From Lama guanicoe (lineage: Eukaryota): a stretch of 64,000 nucleotides of DNA. The stretch covers positions 2,200,123 through 2,264,122 of the forward strand of contig MU053557.1 of NCBI GenBank assembly GCA_013239625.1, given 5' to 3'. The notes under the pieces are model-generated. The model was not told where the DNA came from and did no database searches. It worked only from the letters and a program-made list of their open reading frames with translations. Shown one piece after another: positions 10,163 to 22,349 of the stretch; the stretch's first letter is position 1, and every line of letters starts with the position of its first letter. Position numbers and translations under genes: made by a program.

Positions 10163-13100
10163 GTGAGTGAGCCAGGCTGGGCCGGGGCCGGCGAACGTGG
10201 GCGTTGGGGGCCCGCGGTGGCGTAGGGGGAGGGGAAGCGGCGTGGGGGAGGGCGGAGCGGAGGGGCCGGGGTCCGGAGGTCCCGGCGTTGTCTTCTCTGT
10301 AGTACTATCACCATTGTGGGGGGTTGGGGGGGCGGAGGGAGAGCAAGGGGCGTAGAGGCGATGTGGCTCTGGGACCGGGGGAGGGGGGGAGCAAGGAGAG
10401 CGAGGGCTTTTTAAATAAAAATACTGGGGTGCTCAAAGGGGTAGCAGGAATAGTGAGGGAGTTTAAAATACTGCTATTTGAGAACTCAGAGAGAAAGCAG
10501 GGTTGTCGAGGGATTTTAAAATTTGAATATTGGGCACTGGAAGGGAGTAGCAGGATATCGAGGGCTTTACAAACAATATTATTCCGGGGACTAAAAGATC
10601 TAGAAGCAGAGTATCGAGGGCCTTTTAAAAACATCAAGAGAGAAAGAGATAGTAGGGACATTGAGGGATTTATAGAGATTACTGGTGAGTTCTAAGGGTT
10701 CAAGAATATTTAATTGAAGTATGGGGTAGTTGAAAGGGATTTGTGGGTATTGAAGTGTTATAGGAATTATTGGGAAGCTGATAAGGATATTAAGGGATTT
10801 TGAAATATTGAGAAGTTGATGGTGTCAGGAGAACTGGTGGTTTTTAAATACCATTACAGGTTGAGAAAAAACTGAGATTTTGATTGGGGGGGTTGAGAAG
10901 GCTGCCCTGGTACCTAGTAATATTATTAGAGGGCGGGCGGGAAGGGGTATACCGGCAGCATCTAGGGATTTTTAGATACAGATGTTGGAGTAATAGAAGG
11001 GGTAGTAGAAACAATGTTTGTAAATACTGGTAGGACAACTAGGGATATTGGGGTGTAGGATTTATTGGTGAGGGGCTGAAAAGAGAGGGGCTTCTTTATA
11101 AGAAGTATTTTGGGTAGTATTGTAGAAACATTGTTAGGACTCTTGAAAGGGATAGCAGAGGTATCAACTTTTTGTTGGCTTTGTAACCATTTTAAAGGGG
11201 TAGGATTGTGAAGTGTTTTCTTTGGGACACGGGTATAGATAGTCTCTGAAACATACCTCCTAAAGCAAAGAGAGGGAAGGCTGGTATGCGGATTGGGGAG
11301 AGGCGGTATCTTTAGCCCTCTTGGAAAAGAAGGCAAGGGAAGGGAAGGGAAGGGATCATTTCCTGCCCCCGCCCCCTTCTCATTTCTACTTCTTATTTAT
11401 CCTTCTATTGGTGGTGAGGACTTTCTGGCTGAAAGAAAATGGGTAGGAGAAAAAATAGGAAGACTTTGATTCGTTAGATCAGATCACTTTAGTGGAAGAA
11501 TTGAGGTTTTGCAGAGGTGGAAATAAGGGGTATCTTGGGAGGCTGGAGATACCGTAAAATTGAGAGCTGTTGGGAAACAGCTACTTCTCTGTTTATGTAT
11601 TGTCCTCCTGAGAAATCTTAGTAACTAACATTTGTTGTTTTGCTATTTTGGTTTCTTTGGGTGGGATGGGAACACCTAGGAAGACTCAATCTGTAGTCCA
11701 GTGTGTTAGCTTTGTGAAGAAGTTAAGATAGTTAAGGGAGACAGCATTAGGGGAATTTTGATGTCTGAAATGGTGTTTATTTGCATTCTGAGGATGAGTG
11801 TGTGAGTAGAGCACAGGTATGAATGAATGTACGCCAAGGGCTTCTGAGTTTTACATTAGTTATGGTCTGGTTTAAGTGAAAATGACTTCTGGACACATTT
11901 GAAAGTTTTGTAGAAGAGTATGGGCCTCTTGAATGTGGGTCATACTTTTTTCTACAGTAGCAAGTTTGGAGCACAACGACGGAGATGGCTTGTGATGAAG
12001 GTGGGAAATGGTGAATTAGATTTAGTGAAATTGATCTTATATGGAAGAGGCTAAATATAGAAAAAGGTCTATTGAAACATTCTTTACTAAAAAGAAAAAC
12101 CCATTCTTCACTTTTGTATTTTTAGTTTGTTGGTAGAGATCCTTTTGAAAAGTATTAAATGTATGTTTTATGTCTTAGGTAGAAAGTGATGTCTTAACAT
12201 TATAGTTAATTGCCTTTTTTTTTTTTAAGCTCCCTAAGGTGTTTTACTCTGGGCAATTTTTTTTTTTTACTTAATGTCAGTATTTAGTTTGGATGGGAAT
12301 TTGAACCTCCTGAGAATGTTTTCACTAGGCTTTTTTGGCTGTTTATACTGATTTTATTCATAGATATTCTGTAATTTTCATTGGTAAAAGTTATCTTTCA
12401 AAATGATTGAGTTTATTTTCCCCATTTGTTTTGCGTTGCATAATCAAAGCACATCATGCTTCTTTTCTCTTTTAAAAATGTTAACTTTTTAAAGTTTAAA
12501 AAGCCTAAAATCACTACTTAGGCTTTAATAATATATAGGTGACTTTCCTAGAACTACAAAATTAAAAAACTTACTTTTAACTCACGTAAGTAATGATTTG
12601 GGATGAAAATGTTAATAAATAGTAAATACAAATACAGATGTCACATATATTTTCATTCTTAGTATGTTGTCATGGAAGATTATTTTTTGTTTAGACATCC
12701 TGAAATGTAATAAATGATACACTAAAGTGGGTTGTATTTGTAAATTTACTTTTTGCATATTCTGGATTCAAGAAAATTTTCATGGCAGATTGGCATGTTG
12801 TTACAACAGCATTTCAGAGCAGTTGTTAGGTTTTCAGATAATGTAGTTGCAGTGGATATGTTGGAATCATACTGTGGCTGTGTACATGGTTTCCTATTGT
12901 GCTTTCTTACTTGGTTTAATTTATAGTTAACTACATTTATGAAAGTTTAAGGCTCAGGGATTTTTTTTTAAAATGTGGTCTACCTTGTCACTAGTGAAGC
13001 GCATGTGACAGTGTGGTACAAAACCAATCCAGTTTGTATGTGATTATTTCCTATAGACAAATTAGAAATACCCTGTGCTGTTAGAGCTTATCTGTTATCT

Positions 13101-13675
13101 TCCACTCCTTTTGATCTATTACTTTTACTAGAGGAAGGACAGAAGGAGGGAGACTGGAAGAAATGACTCCTTAACTGGCTGTGAAAAACCCAAAACCATT
13201 TTTTCAGTAGTGCAGTAAAGGGAAAAGATACCATCTTAATCAAGGAGTTTATAATTCTTTCTTCTGCTGTGTGAATGGACTGAACTCAAAGATCTTGTTT
13301 GGGGTCCTCATCTTTTTTCACTTTCAAAAATGGAGATAGCCTAGTCATGGAGACTGTGTAGGGATTATGTGTAAGTAGGCCATGTCGTGGTTTCTTTCTG
13401 TTAGAAATAATTGCTCATTTTAAATGTTTGAACTCCTTAAGAGTAAGGTTCTAAATAAACCTAGGGTATAAATCAACCACTGGAGAAATTTGTTCAACTT
13501 TAGAAAAAGTTCGGGCAAGCGTTTTTCAATAACAAACATACATTTCTACCAAAAAATGTTTTCAATGAGGACTGTTTGAAGTTACTTATGTATGTTAAAT
13601 ATATACAAGCATACCTAATTCACTGCTGCTTGCTAGGTTTACTGTAGAAATTTGTCTTGTGGTCATTTTGTAGTG

Positions 13676-14140
13676 TATAGAAATACCAAATCACTATGTT
13701 GTGCACCAGGAACTAACATAGTGTTGTAGGTCAGTTTTACTTCAAAAACAAACAGACAAACTTATAGGAAGAAATCAGATTTGTGGTTACAAGAGGAGTA
13801 GAAGGAGGAAGTAGAGGAAGGGGAATTGGGTGAAAATAGTCAAAAGGTACATACTTCCAGGTATAAGATATGTAAGTACTAGAGATGGAATGTGAAGCAT
13901 ATTAATATAATTAACATTGCTGTGTGTCAAATATGAAAGTTGAGAATAAATCCTAACAGTCCCCATTACAAGGAAAAAAATATTTTTTCTTTTATTTTGT
14001 ATCTACGTGAGATGATGAATGTTCACTAAACTTATTGTGGTAATCATTTCATGATGTATGTAAGTCGAATCATTATACTGTACACTTCAAACTTACACAG
14101 TTCTGTATGTCAGTTATATCTCAATAAAACTGGAAGATAA
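13676..14140 (+). mobile_element. L1 3' UTR fragment (L1MA9-like), sense, in intron 1
   Basis: gtcaaaaggtacatacttccag...ttgtggtaatcatttcatgatgtatgta...tatctcaataaaactgg. Confidence 0.8.
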
Positions 14141-17100
14141 AAGCCATGAATAACAAAAAATTTTGTCTTGGTCCATGTTTTAAAAAGAGTGATGGTTTGT
14201 AATACTTTTTAGACAGTTGCATCTATCTATCACCTGTCTATTCTAGTAGAGCATCATTATGTGACAAAGGGCATTTAGTTTCTAGTTTTCTGTCTGTCTC
14301 TGATTCACTGTGTGACTTTGGAGAGATTGTCTAACCTTTCTGTATTAAGCAGAGTTAATTATATTAGCCTTTTACCTACCTCATGAATATGATATGAGTA
14401 TTAATGTTACAGACTAAAAAGTGCTTTGTGTACCTCAGAATCATTAAATATGCATGAAATTTTATGGTTTTTGAAATATGAAAATATATTCAACTCTTTT
14501 TGCAAAAATGTTTTTCTTTTTAATATTAAGCACTGCTGCCCCTTACAGAATATCAGTCTAGCGCATGACAGAGCTAGGTTCTCATTGCAGGCCCTAAAGG
14601 TAAGAACAGGAACTGCTAGTGAGAGCCCTGGATGTGCAGTTTCTGTGAGTTCAGGCCTTAATAAGGTCTTTGTAAAAAATGCGCTAGAAGATTGAGTATG
14701 TGTCATTTCTGAGTATCGTGGGAAGGGCAGCAATAAGGTTCATTGACTAGATCATTTCATTGGTTCATTGGTCGGGGGTGTATACTTTGAACTCTTAAGT
14801 TTACATGCTGCTTATAAGTTTGCAATCCTTATCAAGTTAACTCTGACTAGTAATCTCTGCAGTTGCTCAAATGGGAAGAAAAATCACCACATAGCAGCTG
14901 TTAGGCTTGACCTCCTTGATAAATAAACTACTAGGGTAAAACGAGTATTTTGGAGGTATGTTCTAAAGACTGAGAAGTACTGATAATTTACAAAGTGGCT
15001 TACAATTTACTTACTGGCTTTGAAGAATTAGTGTGCCTCTAAAGTCCTGTGGGACTTTTTAAGGAGACCATTCAGTGTTTCATAGAAAAGGTCTTATTTT
15101 GACCAAAAGACTTCTCGGCAAGTTTTAGTATACTAAGTCAAGCCATATTTGTTCTTATGTCCTTTGGTCTGCCTCTTAAATATGTCTGACTTCATTCTCC
15201 CTGGCCCAACTGCTATAGGCTAGAAGCCAGAAGTTGCTTTTATAGCCTCATGTTTCCTACCGCTGTCTTGTCTAATCCTCTCACAGTGTTGTTACTTCAT
15301 TATTAATCTTTTTTTTTAACCATTTGATATTCTGTACTATAATTATTTGTTTTCATTTCCATCTCTTGGCCATGTGACTGCAGAGCAAGATCTGTCTTCC
15401 TCAAAGTAGTTCCAATTATTCAGCAAGATGCTTGGCATTTAGTTAACATTTAGTAAATGATTAAATGAATCAGTGTCCTCATATGTGTATTTAGGTTGGT
15501 CACAATTAGAAAAAGTAAGTTTTTTTTTTTAAATAGTCTAATTTTCTGGCTATTCTTAGCTGGTGGCTACTGTGCTAGGAGCCACAGTCCAGATATCACA
15601 ATGGTGTTTGCAACTGAGAGACCTATCTGTATGTTCCCTGGCCCTAAACCACTCCAGGGGTCTTTTCTTCCACATTGTATTCATTCATGAAAGTCCCTAA
15701 CTAAGGGAAGATGAAAGCCTTCATTCGAAAAGAAGTAGAAGTACCAGTATTTGTATGTCTTAATATGAGTTAACATCTTAGAAATTAAGAGTTACTTACC
15801 TATACTCTTTGATAAAATCAACTCAAATTTTATTTTTTCAGTACTGTCTTATCAAAGGGATATTCTGAACAAAGATCTCAGAGTCAGACTTGTTTTTTTA
15901 TTTCTTTTTTATAAAGTAAAAGTAAAAGAATTATTGCATTATAGAAAATGTGGAAAGAATAAAATTATTTGTGTATATTTATTTCTAGTTTCTCTTCTGT
16001 ATATTAACTTTCATGTAGCAATAATCAGACTCAAATATAAAATTTTTTATCTTGATTTCTCCAGTTGACATATCAGAAGCATTTTCATATTTGTATATTG
16101 TTATTATAAGGATCACTTTGGATGCCTAATGTTTTGTAATCATTCAGCAGTAAGAGTGTTTACCTATTTTTAACAGACTTTTTCTGTTAAAAGTAATTCT
16201 GTTTTTATATAATACGCAAACACAGAAATGTATGTATGGTGTCTCTTAGGTACCCAGAGTATTTTGTATATTTGGCTTTATTTCCTAAGACTAGTTTCCC
16301 ATAAGTACAATTACTAGTCAAAGAATATGAAATTTTTAATGGCTGTTGATACACATTAGGATCAGAAGGTTTTTTTCCCCCTGTGGTCCAATAGCATATT
16401 CATTAGTTGTCTTGCCTGTGAAACAAAAATCATAGTGAGGTAGAACTTAAAACAGCCCATATTCAGAAACATATAGATTTTTCTGAAAATGGAAAAGATT
16501 TAAGTAGTCTTGGCTATTTCCTAAAACAAATACACTGTAATGGATTTCTAGTGGTGTTTCTTGGCATAGGGCCTAAGGTGAGGGAGGACCTTTACTCTTT
16601 GGTCTTGGAATTAGGTATATGCCTGAATTCTGTAAAGCTTAGGTGCTAGCTTAGCAGATGTCGTATACCTGCAATGGAGAGTTCATTAAAGAAGAAAAAG
16701 ATAAATTTGAGATTTTTTCCAAGAAGACATTTTTTAAGGCAATATTACTATTAACTTCCCCTGATAACAATTCATTCTAATTGATTTTTTTTTAATTAAA
16801 GATAATTGGAACATAATACAAGATGTGAATTTTAGGGAATCCTCATTGGTAACTTCCATTAAACATTAGGGAATTTCTTCTGTTGGGTCTTTATTTTAAC
16901 TGAAAGGTGATTATTGATTGACATTTAGAATACATTAATTTGTTGTGCAGATAAACATTAGGAAAATGTGTGTGCTATGATAGATATTACTTGAGTGGAA
17001 TTGCAGCTGAGTTTTAGTTCCTCAGGTGTGCTATCTGCCTGATCTTGACTGGATCACTTAATTTTTCACATACTTATAAATTTAAGTATCTATAAAATGA

Positions 17101-17608
17101 GCAACAACTCATTGATTATGCTGTTAAGACCTTTTAAAGGCTATAGCAGAGTAGTATTTTCAGGTGGATGCTATTACCTTTTCTAATCCCTTTGTTATAA
17201 TAGAAGCCCCTTTTTTGTCTAGAAACGTATGTGTTTGACATCGCTATGGATCCAAAATTTTAAAATCTTTCATTCCAAAATATACTTGTCCCTGTAGTTA
17301 AGCAGAAACGAATTTCCATAAGCTTTAGTTACAAATAAAGAGCTAAAAGATTTTACTCTCTTTGGGTACTGCTTTTTTGTGTAAGAGAAGTAGGAAGTGG
17401 CCCTGCATTTGTCTTATAATCTATCAAGGGTCTTCAGTAGTCATACTCAGATTTTTGTGACACACTTCTGGAAGTCTTGTTGGGCTACTGTTAGTATTGG
17501 TACTATAGCTGCTATAGTATTGTAATTGTCAGTTTTTAAAGATTATATGGTATGGGGTGATGAAAGAATAAATAAGACCAATCATAAAGGTACAGAAAAT
17601 TACAGCAT

Positions 17609-17703
17609 GTGTATGTTCATGTATAACTGAAAAATTGTGCTCTACACTGAAATTTGACACAACATTGTAAAATGACTATAACTCAATAAAAAATGTTATT
17701 AAA
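17609..17703 (+). mobile_element. Short 5'-truncated L1 3' end with perfect 13-bp TSD
   Basis: AAAATTACAGCAT at 17596-17608 and 17704-17716 flanks gtataactgaaaaattgtgctctacac...actcaataaaaaa. Confidence 0.8.
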
Positions 17704-19851
17704 AAAATTACAGCATAAAACGCCCCTATGTATTTAAGTTTCACCGTTTAATTGGTGTGACTCATTATTTCAGATGGGCAATTTCCTTCATAGCGCACTT
17801 TATGGATGCATGTTAGGAGCTTTTATGTTTAAATTGTCCCTTTCCTTTGGCTGTAAACATGCTTTTGTATTTGGTGCAGAATTCTAACTATCAGTTATTA
17901 ACAGTCAGTTGTTCACTCATCTTAAACAAATATTTGGAACCTGTGATCACTCTCTTCTCTTGTGTGCAGTCTTTTTCTGTTACCTTCTTGTAACTGTTCA
18001 TCTTGAGTTTTACCACTATCACATCAAAATGTATTTCATCAGAAGCAGCCTAACTCTACATTTGTGTTTCAGAGTCTGAATGCTAAATATGTGTATAAGA
18101 TATCTGGGTTTGTTTAACCCGTCTCATTTATCCAGTAATCTGAGTTTTGCCTGTTTCTCATTAGAAACCTCATATCCTTATGCAGCGTTAACACCTGTCA
18201 GGTCATGAGACTCCGTGGAGGTTCTCATAACACCAGAGAAAATAATGTTGCTTCTTTTCTGCCATTCGTACTTGTTTTAAAAAATACCTAGAATATCTTC
18301 CTTATTCAGGATCTGAGCTTTCTAAGTAAGGATAGAAATGTAATTTTTTTCCCCTCTCTCCATTTGAATGTTGATTAGAAGTATACTGATCAAATATCTT
18401 ATTGTTCTCAAGAGTGAAATTAAGTCTACTTACCTGTTTTTATTTTAAGGTGTTTATGGAAGAGCAAAGGTAGGCATGGCGTGGGTAATATTTTTTGAAA
18501 GTGGAAATGCTATATATCCATTTTAGAATTTAGCAGTTAGACTTACTAAGGTAATCTGTTCATAATTCTTCAAAATGTAATATTTTTTATTTAAGAAAAA
18601 TCCCAGCTTGCTTTAATTAATATGTAACTCATCTTTTTTATACTTAAGCTCTTTCCTAGGGCATTTTGACCCTTGCCCATCACCTTTTTTTTTTTTTTTA
18701 AGTTTTGTAAAACAGAATTTGGTGCATAAAAGTAGAAAGGAAAGGAGGTAAGGGTGTTGGTGCTTGGTTTTTCTTTTGTATACTAATCTCATAAAATTAT
18801 TAGAAATGTGATTGATGCTCTTGAGCTGAAACTTTTTAACTTTCTGGTTGATTTTGGAGGCCTAAGGATTATAGAATAAGATTACTTAAATTTGAATAGT
18901 GTCTTATAGGGATATGATAACTTTGCTTGCATAATGATTTTATTTACTGTCATCTGATTTTTTTCATTTTACCTTTACAATGATGCTGTGAAGCCATGAA
19001 GGATATCTGTTATTTAAATGTACGTTTATGAGAAAACTAGCATATAAATATATAAATGTGTATGTGTATTTATTTATTTTTGCAACATGAAAATGTTCTA
19101 TTTCATGTAATATAGATAAAATGTTAATTCTGATAGATTACTATGTGTCAGGAATTGGCAACTCAAGGATCATGTGCTGCCCTGGCGTAGGAGATAATTT
19201 TGAATGCCAAAGTCAGGTTACTACTGACTACGAAAAAAGCGATGTAGATAAAGGTTATCTCTGCTGCCCTTTCCACTTCTCTTATCCTTTCTGTTCTAAC
19301 TCCCAGATCTTTTCTTTACAGCTGCTAAAGTGTTTGCCGATAAAATCTGAGGTGCCATACTTCTTGCATTCTCACTTTTTAGAAATACCCTTAAATTACT
19401 CACTGAGAAGATTAGCAGTGGAAATTGATTGCCATTTTTAGATGCTGGTGCTTGGAGTTATAAGGAATGGGGAAAGCTGTCCCATCCCTTCCCCTTCTCC
19501 TTCCTCAGTGATCACATGGGACAGATAGTTCCTGTTTCTACAGGCATGGAAGTCAAGCTGCAACTTAAGGGTCTGTTGTCACCCTTTCCCTATTACGAGA
19601 GCAAATGTAGATTTGGTCCAAAATGCTGGGTATAATTAGAACATTGAAAATAGGAGACAAACTATTTTATAAAAATAAGCAGAAAAGGAAAATCTTACTT
19701 GTAGCTTGTATATGCTGTTTGTTACAATAGTTGCCTGTGCTTGCAGCCACTCTTTAAAATAAAGTTTTTGACTTTAAGCTTTGCAAAATAAAGGTGACAC
19801 CAGTGTTTGAAAAAATGCATAAATTTTTTTATTTTCTCTTTGTCTAACTAG

Positions 19852-19970
19852 ATGTGATGCTGACCCTTCAGCCTTAGCCAACTATGTTGTAGCACTGGTC
19901 AAGAAGGACAAACCTGAGAAAGAATTGAAAGCCTTTTGTGCCGATCAACTTGACGTATTTTTACAAAAAG
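19852..19970 (+). CDS. RBM27: RBM27 exon 2 (119 nt), PWI domain
   Basis: ctaactag|A; CDADPSALANYVVALVKKDKPEKELKAFCADQLDVFLQK; G|gtaatt. Confidence 0.96.
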
Positions 19971-20399
19971 GTAATTATTATAGGTCTTCAACCAACTATT
20001 TAAGTAAAGATTTTAAATTTAAAACTTCCTAATAAAATCTTGAAGATATAAGCTTAATGGGAAAGAAACTGGTCAGGGTTCTTTAAATACTTGAATATAC
20101 CTATTCATGCTTAATTATTTATTATATATTTTGACAAAACTTTTTTTCCCCTTTCCTTCTCTGCTTCTCTCTTATATTGAGGCGGTGGTAGCTAATGCTT
20201 TTTAGGAGAATGGGTCTTTTGGGGCTTGTGGTGGAGCCTAGTTGACGGTTGAGGGGTAACAATTTAAGGATAATGAAGCTGCTTATTCTTACTGTTTATT
20301 AGGAAAATGAAGCTGTTTTTCTCCTTCTTGGCTGGGGCTTCTTTATATCCACGAAGAATTGGGCATAATATTCTTCTCTTTGAACCTTTAACTTCCATC

Positions 20400-20895
20400 T
20401 ACTTACCAGAGTCTTGTCCATAGTCTGCAGAGCTTCCTGAGGGCCTCCCTACTGCTTCTCTGCCTCATCTCCTACTGCTCCCCACTTGTTCCATTCTAGC
20501 CACACTGACCATCTTGCTGTTTTCTTAGCATGGCAAACATGTTCCCAGCTCAGGCTTTTGAACTCTCTGTACCCTTGCTTAAAACATGGTTTCTTCCCTT
20601 ATGGTTTCTGGTCTCTTCTCAAATGTCATCATCTCACAGTGGTTTCCCCTGAGCACCCTACATACAATATAGTGTGCTCTCTGCCCCTAGCCACTCTCTC
20701 CTCATCCCAGCCTTGCTTTTACTTATTTTTTTCATGGTACTTGTTACTCTCTGTCATGTTCTGTTTTCATTTGCCTGTATGTGTGTTTGTATGTGTGTGT
20801 GACCCACCCCTGTCTTTCCCTTTGTTGAGAGTGGAGACTCAGAACCTACAGACTTGGCACATAGAAGATACTCAGTAAATATTGTTGAATGGACC
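20400..20895 (+). mobile_element. L2 3' fragment
   Basis: ctagccacactgacc...ctcaaatgtcatc...ttggcacatagaagatactcagtaaatattgttgaatg. Confidence 0.7.
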
Positions 20896-22224
20896 AACAG
20901 AATGTGGATAATGCATACTTACTGATTGATCTAGCTGTTGGTAATGAGAAGATATGCATTAAATCATGTATCTACTGAGCAAGAAAAGACAGTAAATATG
21001 AATTCTCAACCTAAAACACAGGATTACATATTTTTTGTGCATTTTTGTATGCATTTCTAATACTTACAGAATTCTTCCCCAGTAGAAGTATTGTCTTTTC
21101 TAAATGTATTAATTTATATTACTTAGTTTTAATTAGAGATGTCATGATATATGTCTTTTAAAAAGACAAAACATGTGCAAAAGTAATACATGTTTTAAGA
21201 AATGTTTTAGAAATACAGAAACGTGAAGAAAATCTTTTAATCATAAAGGCTTTTGAATGGTTTGATTAATTTGCCTTAAAGTTATGTATGACAGTTAATA
21301 AGAGCTTACTGTTGTATAATCATGGAAAATGCTTACTGCACAAATTAACAGCATAGAAAGTTTATGAAAAGATGCTTTTCTGAAGAAAAATTAATTTGAC
21401 ATTTTAGAAATAGCTATTATATAAAATGTTTAATAATTGCATTATAAGCAGAGTCTGTGTTGTACTCTTAATATGCTCTTTATCTGTTCCTGAAGGGTAG
21501 GACCAGTGAGAGTTACTTGAATTTGGTTTGAATAACATAATATAAATATTTTTACATTTAATTTTTAATAAATTCATCTGGTTCTCCCCCATTCAATTAG
21601 TCTGAAAAAGTTGCTAAATAGACCAGCCTTTAAGTAAAACACACAAAAAAATTTTCATGTCATTCTTATGTCAAAATTTATTTTTCAACTGATTTAGAAA
21701 TATTTTTAGTTAAAATTTTTAGCAAGCAGTACATTTAATCCAACAATATGAAGGTATACCATTAAAAGTCTCTCACCTCGCCTGCTCCCTTCCTACCTCC
21801 AGTACACAACTTTGTCGTCTTTGTGTGCTTTCAGAGTTTTTTATGCAAATATAAATAGGTACAAATATTTAATCTTGTATCTTTGAGGTTTGATATTATC
21901 AGTACTCATTCTGTGTGTTCTGTTGTACAGTTGTCACATAATTTATTTAAGTAATCTCTTATTCATGGAAATTTGGATTGTATCCAATCTTGCACTATTA
22001 TGTACTCAAACAGTCTTGCATGTATATCATTTTGTATATGTGCAAGTGTGTTCAAAGGATCTTAAAACCCAGAAGTGGGATTCTCCCCGTAAGGGCTAGA
22101 GTCATTTCATACACTGCTGGTGGAACTAAAAATGTCTCTCTTTCCTCACCTTTGCCAGTAGAGTATTTTGTCAAACTTCTGGTTTTTGTTGGTGCAACAA
22201 TTAAATACTATTTCTTCTCTTTAG

Positions 22225-22349
22225 AAACTTCAGGTTTTGTGGATAAACTATTTGAAAGTCTCTATACTAAGAACTACCTTCCACCTTTGGAACCAGTTAA
22301 GCCTGAGCCAAAACCACCAGTCCAAGAAAAAGAAGAAATTAAAGAAGAG
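22225..22349 (+). CDS. RBM27: RBM27 exon 3 (125 nt)
   Basis: ctctttag|AA; ETSGFVDKLFESLYTKNYLPPLEPVKPEPKPPVQEKEEIKEE; GAG|gtaaca. Confidence 0.96.

Larger units (their letters stand above)
9330..10400. promoter_or_regulatory. CpG island / RBM27 promoter, 5' UTR and exon 1
   Basis: Abrupt rise in GC and CpG. GC box GGGCGGGG at 9808-9815, inverted CCAAT boxes at 9831 and 9863, palindrome TGCGCGCGCA at 9837-9846. No TATA box seen. Confidence 0.9.

Noticed and set aside
9226..10695. Cluster of overlapping 60-143 aa ORFs on both strands around the promoter
   Set aside because: Expected from stop-codon scarcity in a CpG island and a purine-rich repeat; no recognisable protein.
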